A DNA stretch of 64,000 bases from Ignavibacteriota bacterium (GTDB taxonomy: Bacteria > Bacteroidota > Ignavibacteria > UBA10030 > SZUA-254), in assembly GCA_016212665.1 (NCBI GenBank), contig JACREZ010000002.1, positions 15,509 to 79,508 on the forward strand, given 5' to 3'. Every line of letters starts with the position of its first letter. The stretch's first letter is position 1. Made by a program: the position numbers and the translations under genes. The notes below the pieces were generated by a model. The model made no database searches. It saw nothing but the letters and a program-made list of their open reading frames with translations, and was not told where the DNA came from. Shown piece by piece: positions 38,729 through 47,392 of the stretch.

Positions 38729-38926
38729 ATGAACTCCGAATCTACATTAAACTGCATTGCCTGTAACCGGACCTCAACTGAAATTCCCTTGATAACATTA
38801 ACGTACCGTGAAGGGACATTCTGTATTTGTCCCCAACATCTACCTGTCTTGATTCATGACCCGCAAATGCTTATCGGCAGACTTCCCGGGGCGGAAACTA
38901 TGCAACCGGCAGACCATCACGATTGA
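38729..38926 (+). CDS. Hypothetical small zinc-ribbon protein (CxxC...CxC), paralogous to 22208..22462
   Basis: MNSESTLNCIACNRTSTEIPLITLTYREGTFCICPQHL. ATG at 38729 lies in-frame inside ORF 38672..38926. Confidence 0.3.
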   Translation: MNSESTLNCIACNRTSTEIPLITLTYREGTFCICPQHLPVLIHDPQMLIGRLPGAETMQPADHHD

Positions 38927-39014
38927 TTTTTCATTAAAAAACCTTGATTCATTACAAAAGTTTTTGTACAATACGGCACAAAAATTCGTGTGGAATAATG
39001 TGAAAAAAACTTCT

Positions 39015-39479
39015 ATGAGAATATTTCCTTTTGTGTTACTCAGTCTGTTGTTCTTTCTGAGTTGCGAGAATGAACAAGTGCCGGTTCAAACATTTTTGAA
39101 CAATCAGGAAACACCGACACAGGAAAGTTTGATTCGTGCAACGACGAACAAATCTTCCTATGGGTTGAATGAAGTTGTTGCAATTACCATTTACAACGGC
39201 TCAGATTCCATTCTCACATTTTCGACATGCTCACAAGTTATCAGCAGGTACATCCAGAAAAAATTCGGAAGCGAATGGAAAGATATTACCGGACGTGGAC
39301 TTCCTTGTACAGGATTTAATCCTTATGGAAAAATTGTCTTGTACCCGCGGCAATCATATCGCTATACAGACGGATATGTTCATTTCGGATATTACCGTTC
39401 ACGATTTCCCTTTACCTTTGGTTCAAAACCCGGAACGTCCTGGTTATACACGAACGAGATTTATGTAGATGGAAACTAA
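39015..39479 (+). CDS. Hypothetical lipoprotein
   Basis: MRIFPFVLLSLLFFLSCEN lipobox. ATG at 39015 lies in-frame inside ORF 38856..39479. Confidence 0.5.
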   Translation: MRIFPFVLLSLLFFLSCENEQVPVQTFLNNQETPTQESLIRATTNKSSYGLNEVVAITIYNGSDSILTFSTCSQVISRYIQKKFGSEWKDITGRGLPCTGFNPYGKIVLYPRQSYRYTDGYVHFGYYRSRFPFTFGSKPGTSWLYTNEIYVDGN

Positions 39480-39520
39480 GGAGATTGAATCAATGACGAT
39501 TTAGTCATTGACGATTGTGA

Positions 39521-39557
39521 AATAAAAAATCCCGATGTATTACGTCGGGATTTTTTG
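39521..39557. terminator. Bidirectional rho-independent terminator
   Basis: aaaaaa-tcccgatgta...tacgtcggga-tttttt, an A-tract and a T-tract flanking a 10-bp stem. It lies between the convergent lipoprotein gene and tRNA-Val. Confidence 0.75.
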
Positions 39558-39560
39558 TTG

Positions 39561-39635
39561 TGGGCGCTACTGGGATCGAACCAGTGACCTTACGCGTGTG
39601 AGGCGTACGCTCTGAACCAGCTGAGCTAAGCGCCC
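39561..39635 (-). tRNA. tRNA-Val (anticodon CAC)
   Basis: Reverse complement is GGGCGCTTAGCTCAGCTGGTTCAGAGCGTACGCCTCACACGCGTAAGGTCACTGGTTCGATCCCAGTAGCGCCCA. Anticodon stem TACGC/GCGTA, loop CTCACAC, T-loop GTTCGATCC. Confidence 0.9.
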
Positions 39636-39673
39636 GAATTGCGTTGCCAAGTTACAGAATTCCTCTGAGAAAT

Positions 39674-41713
39674 TCAAACAGCATCTTCTGCAAAATATTC
39701 CTGAATCTTTCCTGCAACTTTCTCTCCAACTATCTCGACCAACTGTTCATGCGTTGCAAACTTCACCCCTTGAACAGAACCGAAAGTTTCAAGCAACTCC
39801 TGTGCACGTTTCTTTCCGATGCCTTCAATCAAATCAAGTTCTGTTTGAAGTGTACGTTTCGCTCTTAACGTTCGGTGATAGGTGATTGCGAACCGGTGCG
39901 CTTCATCCCGGATTTGTTGCAACAGTTTCAATCCCGAAGATGTTCGTGGAATGTTTTGCGGCTCATCAGATTCCGGTATGAAAACTTCTTCCAATCGCTT
40001 TGCTAATCCGATAATTGATAGTTTTGAGTTTTGAGTTTTGGGTTTTGAGTCTCTTGTTCTTTGATTTTCGTTTGCAATTTCTTGTAACTCCATTACTCCA
40101 ATACTCCCAAACTCCAATACTCCATCGTTGAGATTCGCCCCCACTCCCTCGCTCCCTCGCTCCCTTGCCTCAGTTTGTAAAAGATTCCCGTCCTCCCGAA
40201 GTCCCAAACGAACTAAGACAGAGACCGCCGACGAAAGTTGCCCCTTCCCTCCATCCACCATAATCAAATCAGGGAACTCACCTTGCTCTTCAAGCAGGCG
40301 GGAGTATCGCCGCTCGATGACTTCTCTCATGCTCGCAAAATCATCGGGACCTTGCACGGATTGTATTTTGAATTTTCTGTATTCAGACTTCCTTGGCTTT
40401 CCATCAACAAACACCACCATCGAAGCAACTGAATCGCTTCCTTGAATATTGGAAATATCGAAGCACTCGATTTTTCGCGGCGGCTTTTTCAAACGTAAAT
40501 CCCGTTGAAGCGCAATAACAGAATGAGGAATGTAATCATCCCGCTTCATCTTTTGCGCTTTCCATTCACCAAGAAGCAACTCGGCATTCTTCTTACATAA
40601 ATTCAGCAGGCGAACTTTCTCACCGATTTTCGGAATGATGAGATGAACTTTCTTATCAATCTTCTGGCTCAGCCATTGCGCCATCGGCTCATGACTTTCG
40701 ATTTCTACCGGAAGCAATACCTCCGACGGAATATCTTCCGCATCGAGATAATAGCGTTGAACAAACTGTTCGATGATTTCCGTTTCGGCTTTGTGCTCGA
40801 CTCCACTCATGTACACATGATGCTTGCCGCTCAGTTTTCCTTCCCGAACTTTCAAGACAACTCCACAAGCATCATTTCCTTCAATTGCAACATTGAATAA
40901 ATCCCTATCATCCAACTCAGCATCAATAATTTTTTGGCGTTCGGTATAAACGCTGAGTTGTTTGATTCGGTCACGCATTTCCGCCGCTTCCTCGAAGCGT
41001 AATTCTTCCGCCGCTTTCTGCATTTGTTCCTGTAATGAATGAACAAGACTCGAAGATTTTCCTTTGATGACCTGCACCACTTCGTGAATCATCTCGTTGT
41101 ATTTTTCCTGCGAGATAATTCCTTCACATGGTCCGTCGCATTTCTTGATGTGGTAATCGAGGCAGACTTTAATTTTTCGTTTCTTGATTGACTCCTCATT
41201 GATGAGATAATTACAACTCCGCACTTTGAAAATCTCCCGAATCATCTTCAATGATGCGCGCATGTTCTTCACATCGGTGTACGGACCGAAATACTTTGAA
41301 CCGTCTTTGAACACTCTTCTTGTTACAAACACACGTGGAAACGGCTCGTTCGTTACGACAATGAACGGGTAACTTTTATCATCCTTCAAATCTACATTGT
41401 AACGCGGCTTGAGTTTTTTGATGAGTGTCGCTTCGAGTATTAACGCCTCAACCTCCGAGTCAGTCACGAACAATTCAACGTCACGGATTTTTGAAATCAT
41501 TGCATCAAGACGCGGCTCGTTCTTGCGTGACTTGTGGAAATACTGCCTCACCCGATTTCTGAGAATGACTGCCTTCCCGACATACAACACTTTCCCCTCA
41601 GCATCTTTGAATTGATACACTCCCGGTTTATTCGGTAAGTTGTCTAACTTTTCAGATAGTGCGACCTCCTCATCGGTAACGTTTATTGTTATGTTTGATT
41701 GCTCTTCCATCAT
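39674..41713 (-). CDS. uvrC: Excinuclease ABC subunit C (UvrC), carrying an in-frame repeat insertion
   Basis: N-terminal GIY-YIG domain ([19 protein letters not shown]...LRNR). UvrBC domain, RNase H-like domain and C-terminal HhH domain ([16 protein letters not shown]). 679 aa, compared with about 600 aa typically. Confidence 0.95.
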   Translation of the reverse strand: MMEEQSNITINVTDEEVALSEKLDNLPNKPGVYQFKDAEGKVLYVGKAVILRNRVRQYFHKSRKNEPRLDAMISKIRDVELFVTDSEVEALILEATLIKKLKPRYNVDLKDDKSYPFIVVTNEPFPRVFVTRRVFKDGSKYFGPYTDVKNMRASLKMIREIFKVRSCNYLINEESIKKRKIKVCLDYHIKKCDGPCEGIISQEKYNEMIHEVVQVIKGKSSSLVHSLQEQMQKAAEELRFEEAAEMRDRIKQLSVYTERQKIIDAELDDRDLFNVAIEGNDACGVVLKVREGKLSGKHHVYMSGVEHKAETEIIEQFVQRYYLDAEDIPSEVLLPVEIESHEPMAQWLSQKIDKKVHLIIPKIGEKVRLLNLCKKNAELLLGEWKAQKMKRDDYIPHSVIALQRDLRLKKPPRKIECFDISNIQGSDSVASMVVFVDGKPRKSEYRKFKIQSVQGPDDFASMREVIERRYSRLLEEQGEFPDLIMVDGGKGQLSSAVSVLVRLGLREDGNLLQTEARERGSEGVGANLNDGVLEFGSIGVMELQEIANENQRTRDSKPKTQNSKLSIIGLAKRLEEVFIPESDEPQNIPRTSSGLKLLQQIRDEAHRFAITYHRTLRAKRTLQTELDLIEGIGKKRAQELLETFGSVQGVKFATHEQLVEIVGEKVAGKIQEYFAEDAV

Positions 41714-42111
41714 TTATTCTGTTTTTGACTGAGTTCAATCAAAACACCGTTGGTTGATTTCGGATGCAGAAATGCAATCAAATACCCACCTGCGCCAACA
41801 CGAGGCTTTTCATCAATCAATTGGAAGCCTTCATTTTTCAGTCGAACCAACTCGCTGACAATATCATCCACTTCAAACGAAAGATGATGAACGCCCTCAC
41901 CCCGTTTCTCTATGAACTTTGCAATCGGAGAATCGGGCGCAGTGGCTTCTGTCAATTCAATTGAAGCATTTTCGACGTGACAAAATCCGACTCGAACTTT
42001 TTGGTCAGCAACTTCTTCCGTTGGTATGTGTTGGATGTTAAAGAGTTTTGAGAATAACTTCGTTGCTTCTTCTAAACTTTTGACGGCAATTCCTGCGTGA
42101 GAGAGTTTCAT
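41710..42111 (-). CDS. Methylmalonyl-CoA epimerase / glyoxalase-family (VOC) protein
   Basis: [16 protein letters not shown]...[12 protein letters not shown]...[12 protein letters not shown] is the VOC fold pattern. The stop overlaps the uvrC start. Confidence 0.75.
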   Translation of the reverse strand: MKLSHAGIAVKSLEEATKLFSKLFNIQHIPTEEVADQKVRVGFCHVENASIELTEATAPDSPIAKFIEKRGEGVHHLSFEVDDIVSELVRLKNEGFQLIDEKPRVGAGGYLIAFLHPKSTNGVLIELSQKQNK

Positions 42112-42308
42112 GGTTAATAAGAGAAATCGTTGTTAATTATTGCCGGAGAATCTACATATTTTTCCTTGATTGAAAAAGCAAAACGGCGTTTGTAGCCTGA
42201 TTGGAATTCGTGTCGGATTGTGGTATATTCTCAACGCAATTCCCGCTTTTGATGAGCGGGATTCTTTTTGTTATGAAGTCAAATCAATTGAAAATCACGT
42301 AACTCTGC

Positions 42309-44108
42309 ATGGAGCATCTTAGAAACTTTTGCATCATTGCCCACATTGACCATGGAAAGTCCACTATAGCCGACCGGCTTCTCGAACGAACGGGAACAAT
42401 TACCGCTCGTGAGATGAAGTTCAATCAGGTGTTGGACGACATGGAACTTGAGCAGGAGCGCGGCATTACCATCAAACTCCATGCGATTCAGATGAAGTAC
42501 AAGGCGCAGGATAAAAAGGATTACACCCTCAACCTGATTGATACTCCCGGTCACGTGGATTTTTCTTACGAGGTTTCCCGCTCGCTTGCCGCGTGCGAAG
42601 GCGCTCTACTTGTAGTTGATGCCTCACAAGGAGTTGAAGCGCAAACCATCAGCAATCTCTACCTTGCAATTGAAGCCGGATTGGAAATCATTCCGGTTAT
42701 CAACAAAATTGATTTACCCGCTTCAATGGTTGATTCAGTTAAACAACAAATTATTGATTTGCTCGGATGCAAAGAGGAAGAAATTCTTCTCACAAGTGCG
42801 AAGATGAAAATCGGGATTGATGATATTCTTGAAGCGGTTGTAAAGCGTATCCCTCCTCCGAAAGGAAATCTATCAGCCCCACTTACTGCACTTATTTTCG
42901 ATTCCATCTTCGATGGCTATCGCGGTTCGATTGTTTATATCAGAGTTGTGGATGGTGTTTTAAAAGAAGGTGACCGGGTGAAGTTCTTTGCAACAAATAA
43001 AATATTTGATGCCGAAGAAGTTGGCGTGCTCGAAATGCAGAGAGTTCGAACCGGTGTGTTAAATTCAGGCGACGTCGGGTATCTCATTCCCGGGGCGAGA
43101 GATGTTCACGATACGAAAGTCGGTGACACCTTAACGAATGCGGATAATCCCGCCGCAGGACAATTGCCCGGCTACAAAGAAGCCAAGCCGATGGTGTTTG
43201 CCGGATTGTATCCCGTGAATGCTGACAACTTTTCTGAACTGAGAGATTCTTTAGAGAAACTCCGGATGAATGATGCATCACTCATCTTCGAACCGGAATC
43301 TTCTGTCGCACTTGGATTTGGTTTTCGTGCGGGATTTCTTGGCTTGCTTCACATGGAAATTATTCAGGAGCGACTTGAACGGGAATTCCAACAAGAACTT
43401 ATCACTACTGTTCCGAACGTCGAGTATAGGGTTATCAAAACAAACAAGGAAGTTGTGTTGGTTGATAATCCCGCGTTGATGCCTCCTGCCGTCGAGATTG
43501 AACATGTTGAAGAGCCAATCATTTCCGCACAGATAATCGCTCCGACCGAATACATCGGCAACATTATGAAGTTGTGTACAGACCGTCGTGGAGTTTACAA
43601 AAATACAACTTATTTGACTCCAACCCGTGCTGACATTCGCTATGAGATGCCTCTCTCGGAAATCATTTTTGATTTTTATGATAAACTCAAATCCACAACT
43701 CGCGGTTACGCCTCACTCGATTACGAGTTCTTGGAATATCGCGAGTCGGAATTAATCAAACTCGATATTCTTCTCAATGGAGAATCCGTAGATGCACTCT
43801 CTACGATTGTTCATCGCGATAAGGCGTATGAATGGGGAAAGAAACTGTGTGGCAAACTCAGGAAATTGATTCCCCGGCAGATGTTTGAAGTTGTCATACA
43901 AGCGGCAATTGGAAGTAAAGTCATTGCCCGCGATTCAATTTCAGCGATGCGCAAGAATGTTATTGCCAAATGTTACGGGGGAGATATTTCAAGAAAAAGA
44001 AAGTTGCTTGAGAAACAAAAGGAAGGCAAAAAGCGTATGAAACAAGTGGGTCGTGTCGAGATACCACAAGAAGCATTCTTGGCAGTGCTCTCAATGGAAG
44101 AAGATTAG
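42309..44108 (+). CDS. lepA: Elongation factor 4 (LepA)
   Basis: [21 protein letters not shown]-domain. C-terminal LepA-specific domain (...[38 protein letters not shown]). Confidence 0.95.
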   Translation: MEHLRNFCIIAHIDHGKSTIADRLLERTGTITAREMKFNQVLDDMELEQERGITIKLHAIQMKYKAQDKKDYTLNLIDTPGHVDFSYEVSRSLAACEGALLVVDASQGVEAQTISNLYLAIEAGLEIIPVINKIDLPASMVDSVKQQIIDLLGCKEEEILLTSAKMKIGIDDILEAVVKRIPPPKGNLSAPLTALIFDSIFDGYRGSIVYIRVVDGVLKEGDRVKFFATNKIFDAEEVGVLEMQRVRTGVLNSGDVGYLIPGARDVHDTKVGDTLTNADNPAAGQLPGYKEAKPMVFAGLYPVNADNFSELRDSLEKLRMNDASLIFEPESSVALGFGFRAGFLGLLHMEIIQERLEREFQQELITTVPNVEYRVIKTNKEVVLVDNPALMPPAVEIEHVEEPIISAQIIAPTEYIGNIMKLCTDRRGVYKNTTYLTPTRADIRYEMPLSEIIFDFYDKLKSTTRGYASLDYEFLEYRESELIKLDILLNGESVDALSTIVHRDKAYEWGKKLCGKLRKLIPRQMFEVVIQAAIGSKVIARDSISAMRKNVIAKCYGGDISRKRKLLEKQKEGKKRMKQVGRVEIPQEAFLAVLSMEED

Positions 44109-44127
44109 AACAACATTTATCAATAAA

Positions 44128-45219
44128 ATGAAAAAAAAAATAACAAAAAAAGAGTTCTACGAAAGAAAACTTAGGAATGCAAAAAAATGGTTACTAGGTG
44201 GACTTTTTATAACGGTGTTTACCTATTTTTTCCCCCTTGGTAATTATTATATCTTGGCATGGGGACCAATTATTTTTGGTTTATATGATTACATCGTTGC
44301 TCGGTATAATTATTTCAAGTACGAACATAGCGATGAATATATTGAAGTAAAAGAGGAACTTTCGTTTTCTAAGAAAACAAAAGCATTTGCACGTGAAATG
44401 GCAGTTGTTTTTAGTATCTTTCTTGTCCTGAACAGTTTCGTCATTGCTTCGTTCGAAGTACCGACCGGCTCAATGGAAAACGAAATCATGACCGGAGATT
44501 TTCTCCTCGTAAACAAATTTGTGTTCGGCGGAACAACTCCAAGAACTATTCCTTTAACGAATATTAAAATTCCTGCTTTCAAACTTCCATCCTTTTGGGA
44601 AGTTGAGCGTGGCGATGTGATAGTGTTTATCTTCCCCGGCTACCGAGAAGAAGTTGAAGCCGACATGTTTGCATATTATTTGAAACGTTGCATTGCCGTT
44701 GCCGGTGATACATTGCAAATCAAAAACAGAGTCGTCTATGTGAATGGTGTACCTGCGCCAATTCCTGAGAACATGAAATTCAACTCACCAATGTTGCACG
44801 GTCAGGGAATGGTTGATGAACGAATCTTCCCGAAAGGCGCACCTTTCAATGAAGACAACTACGGTCCTATTATTATTCCAAAACAAGGTCAAGTCATTCC
44901 GTTGACTCCTGAAAATTATTTTGTGTGGGAAACATTTATCAAACGTGAAGGGCATTCAATTTCGATGCGCGGCGGGCAAATCCAAGTTGATGGTCAGGCA
45001 GTAACAAGTTACACAGTCGGACGTGATTATGTTTTCGGAATGGGTGACAACCGTGACAACAGTTTGGACAGCCGCTTTTGGGGTTTTATTCCAAAGGATG
45101 ATGTCATCGGTACACCGCTGATTGTCTATTGGTCATGGAATCCCGATTTATCATTATTTAATATCTTCGATAAGTTGGCGACGGTTCGATGGAATAGAAT
45201 CGGGACGTTAGTAGATTAA
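44128..45219 (+). CDS. lepB: Signal peptidase I
   Basis: Box B PTGSMENEIMTGDFLLVNK. Box D/E VFGMGDNRDNSLDSRFWGFIP. ATG at 44128 inside ORF 44053..45219. Confidence 0.9.
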   Translation: MKKKITKKEFYERKLRNAKKWLLGGLFITVFTYFFPLGNYYILAWGPIIFGLYDYIVARYNYFKYEHSDEYIEVKEELSFSKKTKAFAREMAVVFSIFLVLNSFVIASFEVPTGSMENEIMTGDFLLVNKFVFGGTTPRTIPLTNIKIPAFKLPSFWEVERGDVIVFIFPGYREEVEADMFAYYLKRCIAVAGDTLQIKNRVVYVNGVPAPIPENMKFNSPMLHGQGMVDERIFPKGAPFNEDNYGPIIIPKQGQVIPLTPENYFVWETFIKREGHSISMRGGQIQVDGQAVTSYTVGRDYVFGMGDNRDNSLDSRFWGFIPKDDVIGTPLIVYWSWNPDLSLFNIFDKLATVRWNRIGTLVD

Positions 45220-45228
45220 GACAGAAAA

Positions 45229-45264
45229 GGACAGAAACAGATTTCTGTCCTACTATTTTTTTTT
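45229..45264 (+). terminator. Rho-independent terminator
   Basis: Perfect 10-bp stem aggacagaaa...tttctgtcct followed by a T9 run. Confidence 0.8.
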
Positions 45265-45338
45265 GAATGGTGTAATTTGGAACTGCAATTTCCTCATTCG
45301 TGTTGTCTATCCGTCCGAAATTCATTCACAAATAATTC

Positions 45339-46166
45339 ATGTTGCGGTTTAGAGATTTAGCAATCATTTTTACGGTGACCATAGTCGCCGCGTTGTTTTT
45401 GAAGATGTTCGTTCTCGAAGCGGTTTTCATTCCATCTGCTTCGATGGAAGAGACACTTCTGCCGGGAGATTTCGTGCTTGTGAATAAACTCAGTCTTAGT
45501 TCAGCATCATCTTCGTCTTCAAGTCTCAACGCTACAATTCCCTTTCTTTCATTTTCTAAACAAGTAGATGTTGAACGAGGCGATGTTGTGGTATTCAGAT
45601 TCCCCGGAACGGCAGAAAAATCTGTCTTGGCAAAAGACGATTTACTTGTGAAACGATGTGTTGCCAAAGGCGGTGACCTCCTTGAAATTTCCAAAGGAAG
45701 TATTTGGGTGAACGGAGAGCGTAAAGCGTTCATCGAAGGAAATCCTTCTTTACGTTCGGAGACAAAACTCTTTCCTCCAAATGAAAATTTTACTTTCAAT
45801 AATTACGGTCCGATTCGGATTCCGAAACAAGGGGACATTATTCTTCTCACAAAAGAAACGTACCAGCAATGGGAAAATCTCATTCGTTCGGAAGGACATT
45901 CGGTCTCTTGGTCTGATGTGCGTGGCTGTTTACTCGACGGACAACCTGTTGAAACGTACGTCATCAAAGAAAATTATTTGTTTATGCTCGGAGATAATTT
46001 CTTTCATAGTTACGACAGTCGCTTTTGGGGATTTCTCCCTGAGAAAAATGTCATCGGTGACGCAGCAATTGTGTATTGGTCGTTGGAAGAGAATCACCGC
46101 AGTAAATCCGTTTCCGATTTCCTTGGTTCTATTCGTTGGGGTCGAATCGGAATGTTCATCAATTAG
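45339..46166 (+). CDS. lepB: Signal peptidase I (second copy)
   Basis: IPSASMEETLLPGDFVLVNK. FMLGDNFFHSYDSRFWGFLP. Contains a poly-Ser insertion (SLSSASSSSSS). Confidence 0.85.
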   Translation: MLRFRDLAIIFTVTIVAALFLKMFVLEAVFIPSASMEETLLPGDFVLVNKLSLSSASSSSSSLNATIPFLSFSKQVDVERGDVVVFRFPGTAEKSVLAKDDLLVKRCVAKGGDLLEISKGSIWVNGERKAFIEGNPSLRSETKLFPPNENFTFNNYGPIRIPKQGDIILLTKETYQQWENLIRSEGHSVSWSDVRGCLLDGQPVETYVIKENYLFMLGDNFFHSYDSRFWGFLPEKNVIGDAAIVYWSLEENHRSKSVSDFLGSIRWGRIGMFIN

Positions 46167-46177
46167 AAATTTAAATA

Positions 46178-47317
46178 ATGTCGAGTATCTACCTCCATAT
46201 TCCCTTCTGCGAGCGCAAATGTATCTACTGTGATTTTTACTCGATTGAAAATCTCAAGCCGATGCTGACATTCGTCGAGGCATTGCAAAAAGAGATTTCG
46301 ATGTATAAATCATATTCTCATCGCGAAAAAGTCGAGACAATATTTTTCGGCGGCGGAACTCCTTCCCTCCTCTCCGATGATTCACTGAAAAGAATTTTTG
46401 AGACGCTTCACCAAAATTATGAAATCAATCCCGACGCTGAAATTACTCTCGAAGCAAATCCGGGAACTGTGGATGAAACGAAATTACGTTCGTTCATCAA
46501 TGTGGGCATTAATCGTTTGAGTTTCGGGGTTCAATCATTCCATCAAAATGAACTTGAGTTTCTTGGAAGAATACATAACAGTGAACAGGCAATGAACAGC
46601 GTCAAGTCGGCACAGGATGTTGGATTTGAGAACATCAACATTGATTTGATTTATTCGCTCCCCCAACAATCAATGAAGAATTGGGAAGAAACACTTGAGA
46701 AAGCGCTTGCATTGAAAACACAGCACATTTCTGCTTACAGTTTGATTGTCGAACCGAACACTCCGCTACACCGGATGGTTGAATTAAAACAAATTACTCC
46801 ATCTCCAACCGAACAGGAAGCCGAGATGTATGAATTTACCATGAAGTATTTACAAGAGCGCGGCTTTATCCATTATGAAGTTTCAAATTATGCCCGTCCC
46901 GGATTTGAAAGTAAACATAATTCAAATTACTGGAATCATACAAACTATTTGGGTTTCGGTCCGTCGGCTCATTCATTCTGGGCAAATCGTCGTTGGTGGA
47001 ATGTAAAGAATCTTCAACTCTACATCGAACGGATTGCCAACGAAACATTTCCAACAGAATCGGAAGAAACACTTTCGAACACTCAGTTGCTCGATGAAGC
47101 AATTATGCTTGGATTGAGAAGCAACAGTCTCGATTTACGAACAATTGAACAGCGGTTTGGTGTCAATCTTCGTCAGGTTCATCAAGCCAAAATTCAAGAA
47201 CTCGTTGCTTCTAAACTTGCAGTGTTCAAAGGAAACAAATTACATCTGACTGACAACGGATTTCTGCTCTGCGATAGCATTGCCGAGTCACTGCTAATTC
47301 AACTTCAGGCGGCGTAA
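46178..47317 (+). CDS. hemW: Radical SAM heme chaperone HemW (HemN-like, oxygen-independent coproporphyrinogen oxidase family)
   Basis: YLHIPFCERKCIYCDF CxxxCxxC radical-SAM motif plus the HemN C-terminal domain. Confidence 0.85.
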   Translation: MSSIYLHIPFCERKCIYCDFYSIENLKPMLTFVEALQKEISMYKSYSHREKVETIFFGGGTPSLLSDDSLKRIFETLHQNYEINPDAEITLEANPGTVDETKLRSFINVGINRLSFGVQSFHQNELEFLGRIHNSEQAMNSVKSAQDVGFENINIDLIYSLPQQSMKNWEETLEKALALKTQHISAYSLIVEPNTPLHRMVELKQITPSPTEQEAEMYEFTMKYLQERGFIHYEVSNYARPGFESKHNSNYWNHTNYLGFGPSAHSFWANRRWWNVKNLQLYIERIANETFPTESEETLSNTQLLDEAIMLGLRSNSLDLRTIEQRFGVNLRQVHQAKIQELVASKLAVFKGNKLHLTDNGFLLCDSIAESLLIQLQAA

Positions 47318-47392
47318 GTCGCTTGTAAATAGTGCTGAATTCTTCTATATTGTCACGCTTTTTTATTACATAATCAAACTGATTTTGCAAAT

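Noticed and set aside
38672-38926. The longer 84-aa version of the small zinc-ribbon ORF
   Set aside because: The N-terminal 19 codons look like promoter DNA (A/T-rich). The shorter start at 38729 is preferred, and even that call is low-confidence.
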